A DNA stretch of 64,000 nucleotides from positions 78,161-142,160 of IMG/VR virus record IMGVR_UViG_3300030102_006261, one strand, 5' to 3'. The notes under the pieces were generated by a model. The model saw nothing but the letters and a program-made list of their open reading frames with translations. It did not search any database and was not told where the DNA came from. This document shows positions 49,801-59,227 of the stretch, in pieces (positions within the stretch are counted from its first letter, which is position 1; every line of letters starts with the position of its first letter). The DNA comes from a virus. Made by a program: the position numbers and the translations under genes.

Positions 49801-52800
49801 TCCATCCAGTGCGAATCCACATCTTCTCCATTGACCACCAGGCACATCTGTGTCTAAACTATATTCTGACGCACCCTTTCTTGCATATTCATATGGACAG
49901 TGATATGGGAGTTTACACACACCAGACACAAACTCTGGTACTCTTTGAACTCCACCGAAAGGATCTTGAATCAAGGTTGAACCGTGACCAAAAACAAGTG
50001 GTGATGGTTGTATATTGGTTTCTGTTCTGTTAAGAGGGCAGTAGTAGGCGCAATTATCGCAAGCATCTCCACCATCCTTAAAGCACCATTCGTCCATCTG
50101 TGCCTCACCCCACTCATAATCAATGATCCACGGGACGTACCACCCATGTGGTGTTCTAGCTCTATCTTGATCTGGACCGTTAAATATAACACCGTATTCT
50201 ACGATACCACCACCATAGACATTCTGACATGATCGAGGCTCGGACTCACAAGGTCCCGTGTAACATCGTCCACATTTGGGCTCCGGTGAATTACAATTGC
50301 TGTTATCAGCGGCACAGGGTCCACAAGCACAGGGATCTTCCCCACAATTATGTGAGTTTTCCCTAATTTTTCCCCCTATCCAGATCTTATCAAACTCTGG
50401 ACGAAGGTTGTTGGGTCTTGGCAATAGGGAATTATACATTGTTTCAGACCACTCAATGCAACCAACTATGTCTATTGCACCACCATCTCCTCCTGTTATT
50501 ATCTCTCGTCTGTCAGGATTGTCCGTTGGTCCGGGTGTTGGTCCTATTGGGGCGTCTCCCGGTGGTGGATCAGATCCGGGAGTGCCGGGTGGTGCATATC
50601 CACCAAACTCAGCTGGCTCTTTTACTCTAGTATCCAAATCACTAGCTACACAATTTAGATCAAATGGGAATAGAAGAGTCTCTTGATAATATGTTCTCCA
50701 AAACTCATCAATTGGAACTATTCTCTGACAGTCAATATTCTCGCCAGGGCATGTTCCCTGCTGCCATACCGCTTTTTCTAGAATTCTAACCCCATAATTA
50801 TTACTGGTCAAGATGACATCATTACATCCACCATATTGACTAAGACCATTTGCACAACCAGCTGGTCCTATACCGATCTGTGGTAAGTCATACCATTGAT
50901 CACATGGAGCACTAATTTCTGGTGGATTGCAAGGATCTGAGCTAGACGCTGTACACCGTTCTCCGGCGCAGTCTCTGAACGGATGATTCCATGATGTGAG
51001 TCTTGAGTTTTTATCGCTTGCCCTTGGTAAGAATTGTGGAATTCCTGTAAATGTATCCGGACTCCAGTTAAATCTTACTATTTGTGTTCCAAAGGGGAAT
51101 GCGACTGAGGGGAACGATCCGCCTGGGTGGGACCAACAAGGGGCATTTTCGAAACCAAAAAAGTCTAGTAATACATAAGGTCCACCTCTTGATGAACTCA
51201 GAAGATCCCATGGTTGAATTGATCCAACGAAACCAAATACACTGGGGCGCACAATTGGGACAAATGACCAACCACCGGGCTTTGCGTGAAGGTATATTGG
51301 ATTGTTAGCAAGATAAATTTTGTAGTATCTAATGAGATTTTTTTGCTCTTCGATCTCATTCTCCAGAAACTCCACTCTTGCATCATATTCTTCTTCACTC
51401 TCGAAATCACTGGGATCTAGATTGTTAAGTTCAGCCCTTATGTCATACTCATCGTTTTCGTTTGGATATGGTAACCATCTGGGATCATTACTCGCCGCCC
51501 TAGTTCCGGGTATTGCGTTACCAAAATTGGGATAGGCTTGATTGGCGTTCAGGTTACCAGCAACTCCCCATCCATTTGTTTCAACCACTTCTCTATCGGT
51601 GGCCTGATCTCTGAATGGATTGCGGTTATTTTTAGCAGTGGGATTATAAACGGGCATTTCACCAGAAAGTCTTGTCCCGTTAAAACGTTTCATATTAATT
51701 AGACTGGGAGTCAGAGGCTGAATACCAGAACAAGTTCCCCACTTACCGCTTAGTGACACAGGGATTCTTTTTCCATTTTCCTCAACGATCCTCAAGTCAG
51801 CGGTATTATAATAATCACCAGAACCTTGGAAATCAAAATTAGCCTGCGCCATGGCATTTTCATATATGTCTCTGGTAATGAAGTGCAAACCAGTCTTATC
51901 GGTGGGATCGAAATCAATGTCATCCTCATCTTTAATGAAAATAACCGATCTTTTTCTAACTGGAAGTAGCTCACTTTTTGCTCCGTCACCAGATATTGGT
52001 GGATCAGTTAGAGATGGTGGATTTTTCCAATCACCACCCTCTTCTTCACACTGCTCTGGACTATCCACGGTCAAATCACATCTAGGCACTTGATCTATCT
52101 CTGAGGGTTTGAAGCAACATGCACCCCCCCACATTCCACTTGCGATCCGACCTCCAGTCTTGTTCATACCAGCGTATCTACCATCATTCGCCGTCGATCC
52201 CTCTGATCCAGCTCCTAAGAATTGATCCCATGTTCTATAGAGGTACCTCTGATCATCTCTCCAGTCCCTCATCTCTAGGATTCCAGCGTCCCAGAGCTTA
52301 TCTCCAAAATCTTGTATAAAGCTACCGATTGCTCGCAGAGCTGGGAGTCTCTCAAGCTCACCACTATTATCACCATAAACGTAGTTTAGGTGATCTGGAT
52401 TTCTGATGTTACGTATGTCGCCCATGCTGAGTTTACCCTCTAGCATTAGACCCCAAAGTTCAAAATCAAAAATGGGCACACCAGAGCACTTGTATACCCA
52501 GTACTTTGGAGTTGTACAATACTTAACAAAGTCTTTATATGGACAAGTGGGATCTTCGTTATTTGCCAGACAACTCTGACAACCGGCTGCTGATGCCTGC
52601 ATCTTATCATTTACGACAGGTGGGTAGAAGGTTTGTGGTCTGAGATTCCTTAGATCCTCTTCATCTCGGAAGCAAGATGCAAATGGATCATCAGGGCAAG
52701 TCATGAATGGTCCAGTAAGTGATTCTGTCCAGAAATCGCCTCGGACGAATACTCTCATTCTGTGCATGGTTCCAACCAAACAATCGTGTAGGTTTGCTTT

Positions 52801-55800
52801 CTGATTTCTAAATGGACTCCAGAAAATAGGCTTACCATCTGCGTATGACATAATATCTAAAAGCCATCTACTATCTTGAGTCGCTGCCATGGTGTTAAGC
52901 TGCCAGTCACTCAATCCACTCTTTCCATTAGTCTGGTATGCGGTATTCGATACATTACTCTGATATGGAGATTTGGGAACGAACGGAACATTCCATTGTC
53001 TTGGACCGATCTCAGAACATCCACCTTGTCTTGCAGTTAGTGAGTGTATTCCATTTCCGGCCCACTGATGTCTCCACACATCTAATGCTCCGCCTGCGCC
53101 GGACACATAAACGACATTACCGCCCGCGTTAAATAACAATTCAGCGATAGTCCGCTCGCCCGATATTGCACTTCCCTCTAGGGGACTTGGCCAATATCCA
53201 GAAAGTAACGCTGGAGTATGGTGTGGTGTGGTTTGTGGAGTGTCGCCCGACACCGCTAAGGTTGAATTTGCTAAATTACTGACAGTGATATCATCAAGAC
53301 TATCTCCAATCCCCGCATTTCCCCATGGATTTGGTGGTGAGTATCCACCTGCTGACCAGACACTTCTTGGATCCATTCCCTGTCTCATTGAGGGTTCGCA
53401 CACTAGATTTACATTTGAAATGCCAGCAACACAGTTATCGTCTTCACCATCTGTGGATGGTGCAGTGATTGGATTAAAAATTGTCTCTTCCTCTGTGGTA
53501 TTTGGCACGTCAGTAAATCCATATACTACTGGATTACCTCTGTATCTGTTAGTTAATTGCTGTCCCGGATATGTAAATGGAACAGGATTTTTTACGCTAG
53601 GTACATATCTGTCGTTAGGAAATCCTGCTGGGACCTGAGGATCTTCTCCGCCGATACCATGGACACCTGCGGGTGTTGCAAGGGCTTGAAATGTGTCTGA
53701 ATCCCTTCCCCAGTCAAAGTACCAATAATCTTTGATGTGATGGAAAAGAGTATATACCGGACTCGAAAAAGGAACTTGAGTCTTTTTATTGATCGTGTAA
53801 AAAGCCGCGCCTCCGTCACCCGAGACTGAGGGTGGGTCAACGGTGCCTGCACCAACATTTCCAGTAATATTGCTGGTGATTGTGTTCGTAATTGAGCTGG
53901 TGATTGTGCTCGTGACATTGACAGGGTCTATGGTATTTGTACTAGTGCTAGTTGAACTGTTAGTTTGACTGTTAGTGCTAGTATTGGTTGAACTGTTGGT
54001 GTTGGTATTGGTGGAACTGTTGGTGCTAGTATTGGTTGAACTGCTGGTGTTGATGCTTCCAATATTTGACGTTATCGTATTTGTGATTGTTGATATAATG
54101 TCACCAACATCGCCACCGTTTACTGGTGGATCACCGTCACAGTCAACTATTTGCCAGTTTCCCTCAGTGGGAACCTGATCACCGGGGCAATAAGCACATT
54201 GAGTCCAAATAGTTTCATCCACATCATCCGGCTGCGCTCGACGTAAACAATCGGGTTCCATCACGACACTTTCACAGTTTGTCGTGCCATCCTCATAAAT
54301 CGTACAACAGGATCCAGTTGGCACACATCCCACCGGGCGACCTAAATCGTCTACAAAGGGCAAATCATTACAAGTCGTGGGCCACACGTTCCATCTTCCA
54401 CCATTAGCTATGCAATCAGCTTCAAGTATTCCCTCTCGGCAATCACCATTACAGTAACAACAAGATCCTGTAATCGGACATGGATCACCATTTGGAGGGC
54501 AACCAAGACCACCAGTTTGGTGGGCACAAATACCACCGCTGTCTGAACAGGCTGTCATTGTTAAATCTTCTCTACAAGTGCCATCAGGTAAACAACATTT
54601 AGGGCATACAACTATATCACTACATGCGCCACAAGATCTAGAGCTGGGATGGAGGGCGCCTGGACATGATGTTGTCGATGTATCGATGCAGTCGCATATG
54701 GCGGTATCGGAGTCGTAATTCCAATCGCAACAGATTCTAAATGGACATCCGCTGGCGGCATTAAGTGGTTCACATGGATCTTGTCCACCAGGCACAATTA
54801 CAGGAGGAATGTAGAATTTACAACATTCCTCGACCGAGGCACTAGCTGGACATGTAACAGTTACTGGACCACAGAGGTAATCGGATGAGCAGCAACACTG
54901 CACAGTTTTCTCCGGAGGACCACCACCACCACTACCCACAGCGGCTGCTCTTTCCTCTACAGATTCACCATCATCCTCCTCCTCAATCTCCACATCTAGA
55001 CTAGAATCTCTGGGGAGCCCGGGTGGAACTTTGAGATTATTTTCTTTCTCAAACTCTCCGGGTAGTTCAGTTAATTCTGGGAAAGGAAAGTCAGGTCCGG
55101 CAACTTGTTTTCTATTTGAGAATTTGAATCGATCTTTGTCGGTGGCGTTTCTCTTGATTTCAAGACCATATTTTCTTTTTAACCCCGCCTCGGTCTTGTC
55201 TAATGGCTGCTCTAATTCTTCATCCTCATCCTCAGTTGGATCACTGTACGAGATATTCTGATTTACTTTATCAAAGTGATTCGGATCAAGTATTTCTATT
55301 GTCTCTCCAGTTTCCGGTGGTGGGTTTTCTTGAAGAGCCAAACGATTAATGAACTGCTCTGATCCAATTACGTTAATTGGTATTGTTGGATCTGGATTGC
55401 CCTCATAACCCCACAGTGTGATCCTTACGTTTTCATTGATTCTTATCTCATCAACAACTCTTTGCGTTCTCGTAGACTGTTCCCCAGCATACACAACCAT
55501 CACACCGTGAGTCTTTTTGTTACCACCAAACGCTTTTGTTCTGGCAGTAAAGGTTACGGGGCTAATTTCTTTTGATCTGTATTGTTTGTTGCTCGATTCG
55601 ATATAGTTCATATCGACATACTCAGTGTCTAATATAAACTTATCTCTATCCTGGCGAGACTGAAATATAAAAATGAGTGAGTTATTTTGACTTAGGTAAT
55701 CTAATACGGCGTAGTTCGGGCTTAGCCCCATGTGTTTTTGGTTGTTCCGGTTTACCGTAAAGTATGGTACCTTTACGGATGGAGTCCCCGGAAGACCTCT

Positions 55801-56472
55801 ACCACTAATGCGAAGTTTTCTCTTCTTCTTTCGCATATTGAAGACATGAAATTTATTACTTTCCTTATATTTCTCTAGTCGCTTGATGTAGTTGTTCTTG
55901 AATATTTTATCATTGTAGACAGGAAAGTCAATGACCGGGTTATCAGCATCAGATGGATTTAGGGATATTATGCGATGGAAGTTGTATGTTGACACAGGAG
56001 ATTGGAGATTGTATCCGGACTCTTTGCTTCTGAATCCGTGAATGTCAAACATTTCACTTCGCATACCACCATAATACAAATCGAGGGCCGCGAGGTGATC
56101 GCCGCTAATTCTTGGTGCATCAGAAACAGAGTCTTCTTCGGGTGCAACAAGCCCCATCGCACCACCGGGTGTGATTGTTTCAGTTCCCCATATTGAGTAG
56201 GGAAAGTTTGAATTTTTCTGAACAAGCACGTTTGTGCATAACATGCACGAATTACCGTTGTTCACACCGTAGTCTTGCGGATTTGCTAAATTTTCATTGT
56301 TGTACATGGCTCGGTAGCCAAGACTCATCGAAGGAACTCCACTACCAAACTGATTTGGGTTGTGGGGTACATCACCTTCACGGGTAAAGAATTTGTCACC
56401 ACCAAGACAGGATACCTGTAACCCACCCGGTCCTGTTCCATCTTTACAGCAACAATTTCTTTGTGTTGACAT
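46816..56472 (-). CDS. Giant 3218-aa cysteine-rich protein, probably virion surface
   Basis: Uninterrupted ORF; repeated G(A/S)CC..C..C..GG modules; TATACATA at 56511-56518. Confidence 0.75.
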   Translation of the reverse strand: MSTQRNCCCKDGTGPGGLQVSCLGGDKFFTREGDVPHNPNQFGSGVPSMSLGYRAMYNNENLANPQDYGVNNGNSCMLCTNVLVQKNSNFPYSIWGTETITPGGAMGLVAPEEDSVSDAPRISGDHLAALDLYYGGMRSEMFDIHGFRSKESGYNLQSPVSTYNFHRIISLNPSDADNPVIDFPVYNDKIFKNNYIKRLEKYKESNKFHVFNMRKKKRKLRISGRGLPGTPSVKVPYFTVNRNNQKHMGLSPNYAVLDYLSQNNSLIFIFQSRQDRDKFILDTEYVDMNYIESSNKQYRSKEISPVTFTARTKAFGGNKKTHGVMVVYAGEQSTRTQRVVDEIRINENVRITLWGYEGNPDPTIPINVIGSEQFINRLALQENPPPETGETIEILDPNHFDKVNQNISYSDPTEDEDEELEQPLDKTEAGLKRKYGLEIKRNATDKDRFKFSNRKQVAGPDFPFPELTELPGEFEKENNLKVPPGLPRDSSLDVEIEEEDDGESVEERAAAVGSGGGGPPEKTVQCCCSSDYLCGPVTVTCPASASVEECCKFYIPPVIVPGGQDPCEPLNAASGCPFRICCDWNYDSDTAICDCIDTSTTSCPGALHPSSRSCGACSDIVVCPKCCLPDGTCREDLTMTACSDSGGICAHQTGGLGCPPNGDPCPITGSCCYCNGDCREGILEADCIANGGRWNVWPTTCNDLPFVDDLGRPVGCVPTGSCCTIYEDGTTNCESVVMEPDCLRRAQPDDVDETIWTQCAYCPGDQVPTEGNWQIVDCDGDPPVNGGDVGDIISTITNTITSNIGSINTSSSTNTSTNSSTNTNTNSSTNTSTNSQTNSSTSTSTNTIDPVNVTSTITSSITNTITSNITGNVGAGTVDPPSVSGDGGAAFYTINKKTQVPFSSPVYTLFHHIKDYWYFDWGRDSDTFQALATPAGVHGIGGEDPQVPAGFPNDRYVPSVKNPVPFTYPGQQLTNRYRGNPVVYGFTDVPNTTEEETIFNPITAPSTDGEDDNCVAGISNVNLVCEPSMRQGMDPRSVWSAGGYSPPNPWGNAGIGDSLDDITVSNLANSTLAVSGDTPQTTPHHTPALLSGYWPSPLEGSAISGERTIAELLFNAGGNVVYVSGAGGALDVWRHQWAGNGIHSLTARQGGCSEIGPRQWNVPFVPKSPYQSNVSNTAYQTNGKSGLSDWQLNTMAATQDSRWLLDIMSYADGKPIFWSPFRNQKANLHDCLVGTMHRMRVFVRGDFWTESLTGPFMTCPDDPFASCFRDEEDLRNLRPQTFYPPVVNDKMQASAAGCQSCLANNEDPTCPYKDFVKYCTTPKYWVYKCSGVPIFDFELWGLMLEGKLSMGDIRNIRNPDHLNYVYGDNSGELERLPALRAIGSFIQDFGDKLWDAGILEMRDWRDDQRYLYRTWDQFLGAGSEGSTANDGRYAGMNKTGGRIASGMWGGACCFKPSEIDQVPRCDLTVDSPEQCEEEGGDWKNPPSLTDPPISGDGAKSELLPVRKRSVIFIKDEDDIDFDPTDKTGLHFITRDIYENAMAQANFDFQGSGDYYNTADLRIVEENGKRIPVSLSGKWGTCSGIQPLTPSLINMKRFNGTRLSGEMPVYNPTAKNNRNPFRDQATDREVVETNGWGVAGNLNANQAYPNFGNAIPGTRAASNDPRWLPYPNENDEYDIRAELNNLDPSDFESEEEYDARVEFLENEIEEQKNLIRYYKIYLANNPIYLHAKPGGWSFVPIVRPSVFGFVGSIQPWDLLSSSRGGPYVLLDFFGFENAPCWSHPGGSFPSVAFPFGTQIVRFNWSPDTFTGIPQFLPRASDKNSRLTSWNHPFRDCAGERCTASSSDPCNPPEISAPCDQWYDLPQIGIGPAGCANGLSQYGGCNDVILTSNNYGVRILEKAVWQQGTCPGENIDCQRIVPIDEFWRTYYQETLLFPFDLNCVASDLDTRVKEPAEFGGYAPPGTPGSDPPPGDAPIGPTPGPTDNPDRREIITGGDGGAIDIVGCIEWSETMYNSLLPRPNNLRPEFDKIWIGGKIRENSHNCGEDPCACGPCAADNSNCNSPEPKCGRCYTGPCESEPRSCQNVYGGGIVEYGVIFNGPDQDRARTPHGWYVPWIIDYEWGEAQMDEWCFKDGGDACDNCAYYCPLNRTETNIQPSPLVFGHGSTLIQDPFGGVQRVPEFVSGVCKLPYHCPYEYARKGASEYSLDTDVPGGQWRRCGFALDGPPTPHDCYDQGADVVTTRLEIKTLKRVKTNEEGSTLFLDELDGGNSNTGYPTAFLDPANAGDEFNPGNPETAEDVEMYCSTYRSNEEFEETGIATDIPTNHWLNTELPKFKEVRFFNILNPTEPHIRQGSKWFGENEQRLITGTPIGWKTFKDLDLHVSDNLVVGGVPQYPGWSPPEIVVGDENRPIPKSTHTEGPNQYGFQEAAGAYRFFSLQDGENEGRRVGAIIPFGGWFCSGRFLEPGIRPANAQVEYADPDNGDYTPKYVNHKVRGDAYVLDTAYIHWNTEGAQGTELPIEDVICLQCSDEEEIEGCVVQPGEVCPTPVNPARGIVAGMPRLRYDNFAKWNFSSYEDVDPDDPIENYRYANSDFFSNYGPPFDVTFRSEDIIGINNRYEASKNPILDTPEFNQEKDRTDLADGEFRHETVLGRVGFVFEDHASMNTAMNTLKMGSMKFRIHEDSSRAGFSTLDWPLGGRYELTSPKFIRYLDENTGICDQLNLTVAMTHAARPSAMRYNDYGYYIWDVGGCDSTSEPCVDDSENESGFLDKYEPNMILYDIRPIDLTLRDEPELVSQGGSRAALRSYAAPVFTELGTSGTMVYDPVVDSPFPDSPDGVGTKGCSDPWSIEVAPSNRIDYGEGNGSGCPGANITGRCAGSLNGPYNDACSCHGFRNCLEAFYARLHWEIQEYGTCVIEIDKPDCALFGDYDSSVRPTCFCSQAEANADRCEQQQEVTIPGTSTYDGETVSIAERCCDAFSSNPLYYYCNDGRFGGWDENCTQAFETYMAGSPSPFCKDLYCGSPDTGLCCTAHETPFCSDEVCCSAVCDIDPTCCEAFGIGWDEVCVDLARSLDVCGCDQKTGACCPPAACGDDAGGVGNLTTPQTAGGGGDPVGCDEECIEAQTEAQCTQRPGWTWHEDEPCCICQRNEDDQLENVCPDPVGACCYGSLQCADGLTEQECVASGGIFQGADTYCESGICQDSSDGTQAGGEQAGGGYGV
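53865..54100 (-). repeat. Thr/Ser/Asn low-complexity tandem repeat (TNSSTNTS units) flanked by ITNTITSNI direct repeats
   Basis: Approximately 24-nt degenerate units visible in DNA and protein. Confidence 0.8.
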
Positions 56473-56522
56473 TAACTAGATAATCCCATGATAAAATATT
56501 ATGAACAAAGTATGTATATCGA

Positions 56523-56816
56523 TTAACCGGACCAACGCTGACCAGTTCTACTAGAAGCTCGATCTAGAGCGTGTTTTGCTTTTGGTGAAAGTGTCCTATC
56601 CATTTTTTGCATGAGTTCATTCCACTGACCGCCTGTCACCTTGTTTGGTGTGATGTTTGTATCAACACAGATACCATAGCCACTGATTTCTCGAACCACT
56701 TGTTTTTCACTACACTCCGGGCATGGATTTTCTGTGGGTTTATCCCTGTCATTGATTAGACTGAATTCTTCCCAAATGTGCTCACACGCATTGCATTTGT
56801 AATCATAAGTCGGCAT
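56523..56816 (-). CDS. FmdB-family zinc-ribbon protein
   Basis: MPTYDYKCNAC..F..PCPEC..V.R. Confidence 0.85.
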   Translation of the reverse strand: MPTYDYKCNACEHIWEEFSLINDRDKPTENPCPECSEKQVVREISGYGICVDTNITPNKVTGGQWNELMQKMDRTLSPKAKHALDRASSRTGQRWSG

Positions 56817-56833
56817 AATATAAATTCCTTTAT

Positions 56834-57733
56834 TTACTTGTATTGTTCACGTAACATTGTAACAAATTCTGACGGAGATGTGGGGAAATAATTTTCGCTT
56901 TGCATAAATTCACTTCTGGATTGACCGCCAGCCTCGGCTCTTCTTGCATCTCGTCTGGCCCTTCTTTCCTGTCGTCGTCTCTGCGCTATCTCACGATTGA
57001 TGGCATATCGTTCCTCTCTACTTCCAGCCGCTGATCTTCTCCCCCGAAGAGCCGCAATATCATCTGCAAATTGATCCCTGGCTCCACCAAAGCGATATTC
57101 ATCGCTTACTTTCTTCATCTTATCTCTGTATTCCTGCGCCCTACTTCTGTATGTCGCAAGATCGATGGTAGCTTCACCCGAATCAGCCAGATCCTTATTA
57201 ATCTTATCCATTTCTCTAGTTTCTCTGTCCGCCTTGATACGATCCATCTGAGCCTGGTTATTTGCGGAGATCTGTTTGTCAATTTCACCTCGTAGCTCCT
57301 CATCACTCATAGCCTCAAACTCTGCTCGTCTACCTTGATTTGCGAGAATATCCTGAATAGCTTTTTCTCGATCAGGATTACTCACTCCTCGCCTGTCTTG
57401 CGCGATGTCAGTGTAGGTGCTTCCACGGGTGCCTGTCTTTGATGGGTGAGTGGCATCTCCGTACCTTGGAGCGCGAGCCTGTCTCAAGGCATCTTGGACC
57501 TGTGCCCTGCGAATCTCCCTCTGTGCTCCGGGTGCAGTGGGATCAAAGTCTGGATTAGACCGAACACCCGATTCGTTTGGTTTAGAATCGAACTGTGATT
57601 GGGGAATTCCTCGCATCCCAGATATCCTGGCCACCTCTTTTGCGATATTGGCGTTCATTTTTTGCATTTCGGCTTCAACTCTTGCTTGCTCTGCGGCAGA
57701 TAGCTCAGTTTGCTCATTGACATGATTCTTCAT
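56834..57733 (-). CDS. Arg/Glu-rich helical hypothetical protein
   Basis: SD GGAG before ATG 57733; TATAGATA at 57763-57770. Confidence 0.6.
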   Translation of the reverse strand: MKNHVNEQTELSAAEQARVEAEMQKMNANIAKEVARISGMRGIPQSQFDSKPNESGVRSNPDFDPTAPGAQREIRRAQVQDALRQARAPRYGDATHPSKTGTRGSTYTDIAQDRRGVSNPDREKAIQDILANQGRRAEFEAMSDEELRGEIDKQISANNQAQMDRIKADRETREMDKINKDLADSGEATIDLATYRSRAQEYRDKMKKVSDEYRFGGARDQFADDIAALRGRRSAAGSREERYAINREIAQRRRQERRARRDARRAEAGGQSRSEFMQSENYFPTSPSEFVTMLREQYK

Positions 57734-57797
57734 GGGATTCTCCAAATGAAATTTGACTACATTATCTATAATAGCTACATATTGATGGAGAAACATC

Positions 57798-58934
57798 ATG
57801 CGCGGTTTTACAAATTACATTCAATATATGACAGAGGACGTTCAGACTACAGGTCACCTCACACACCTGTCTGATCTGGTTCTCAGTGGCAACCATGAAA
57901 GTGCCTTTGCTCATGTTGACGCCACAACCAAGAGGTTCAACAATTCGGTCACAAAGGGGCATGATCTGTCCCTGAAAGCAGATGGCGGCATGAGTGTCAT
58001 CGTCGGTAGAGATCGAGCCGGTGATCATTTCGTATCCTACAAGTCAGGCAAAGAACGACACTACAGGCACGACTCAATTGCAAAAACAGGCAAACAACAC
58101 ATGATTGATACGCTGTCTCCACTCCTGTCCGGAGCATCGAAGATGAAGAGTCTCAAGCCAGGCACAGCATTCCAAGCCGACGTTCTGCATACTCCAGAGC
58201 ATTCAGACTCGACACATACGCCTAACACAATCTCTTACAAAACATCTCATCCCGGCAAACTATCCATTGCAGTCCACGGGCAGTTCGCTGTTGCAGGAGA
58301 CAGCATCACAAGGACATCCAACGTTCCCGATCTGTCCCAACTCAAAGGAGAGGGGGTTCACACACCGAACCTACATGTCCACAAGAAGATGAACCTGTCC
58401 CTCTCGGATGACAGACACCACGATATCAATCAACACATGAGAGATGCTCGACGTTCGATGGGTTCTGAAGGCACAGCCGAGTTCGCTCAGAGTCTGCCAC
58501 AGAACAAGAAGTTCTCTGCTATGATGCAGGCTTACTCGAATCACTCAGCAAGAACAGACGGCAAGGTATCGGTGGACGGTCTTCGCACTTTCATGAAAGG
58601 GCATGTGGAGAAGAGGAAGGTGTCGGATGGACTCAAGGCAAAGGAACTGGACAGCCATACAAGTCTCATCAACGACAACGAGAATCACTTCACCAACATG
58701 TTGAGTGCCCATAACAGTCTCACCTCGGTCACCAATGAAGTAACGAATGCCCTGCGTAACAATGCCAGTAACTTCTCCCTGACACCCAAAGCCAACAAGC
58801 ATTACTCTGAACATGAGGGGCTTGTCTCGTCTCTCGAAGGGCACACACCAGTCAAGTTCGTTCGCCGTGGTGAGCAGGGATTCTCTCGGGCGAATAAAGC
58901 CTCGGGTGAGGAGCGGTTCGGTTCCACACCCTGA
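57798..58934 (+). CDS. DUF6267-like conserved T4-like protein
   Basis: HLTHL.D, LK.DG..S..VG, FQAD, TPNTI.Y, HEG.V..VKFV.R..FSRAN. Confidence 0.65.
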   Translation: MRGFTNYIQYMTEDVQTTGHLTHLSDLVLSGNHESAFAHVDATTKRFNNSVTKGHDLSLKADGGMSVIVGRDRAGDHFVSYKSGKERHYRHDSIAKTGKQHMIDTLSPLLSGASKMKSLKPGTAFQADVLHTPEHSDSTHTPNTISYKTSHPGKLSIAVHGQFAVAGDSITRTSNVPDLSQLKGEGVHTPNLHVHKKMNLSLSDDRHHDINQHMRDARRSMGSEGTAEFAQSLPQNKKFSAMMQAYSNHSARTDGKVSVDGLRTFMKGHVEKRKVSDGLKAKELDSHTSLINDNENHFTNMLSAHNSLTSVTNEVTNALRNNASNFSLTPKANKHYSEHEGLVSSLEGHTPVKFVRRGEQGFSRANKASGEERFGSTP

Positions 58935-58945
58935 TGTGGCTACTA

Positions 58946-59134
58946 TCAACGTGCCTCTTTGTACCTATCGATCAGTTCGTTTATCCACTGCCGTGCATCC
59001 CACACATCTTTCCTGCCACTTAACTGTGTCTTGAACACCATCTCATGTAGACCGTTTGCAATGTGATCGTCCAGTTCAATCTCCAGAACGACCTTGTTTC
59101 CAGTCTCGTCTGTTTCTTTTGGCATCTTTGTCAT
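58946..59134 (-). CDS. Small hypothetical protein
   Basis: ATG 59134 with upstream GGAG; start uncertain. Confidence 0.45.
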   Translation of the reverse strand: MTKMPKETDETGNKVVLEIELDDHIANGLHEMVFKTQLSGRKDVWDARQWINELIDRYKEAR

Positions 59135-59227
59135 CCTTCTTGCTCCAGGTCTTGGAGCGGAGCGATTGCCGCCCCGCCCCATCCTTGTTCCACTGAGATC
59201 CACGCCTCGACTTGGGTGCCTTCCGTT

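Noticed and set aside
35811-54492. Additional TGGATCACC hits near 35811, 54127 and 54481
   Set aside because: Inside CDSs, explained by Gly-Asp-Pro codons on the minus strand
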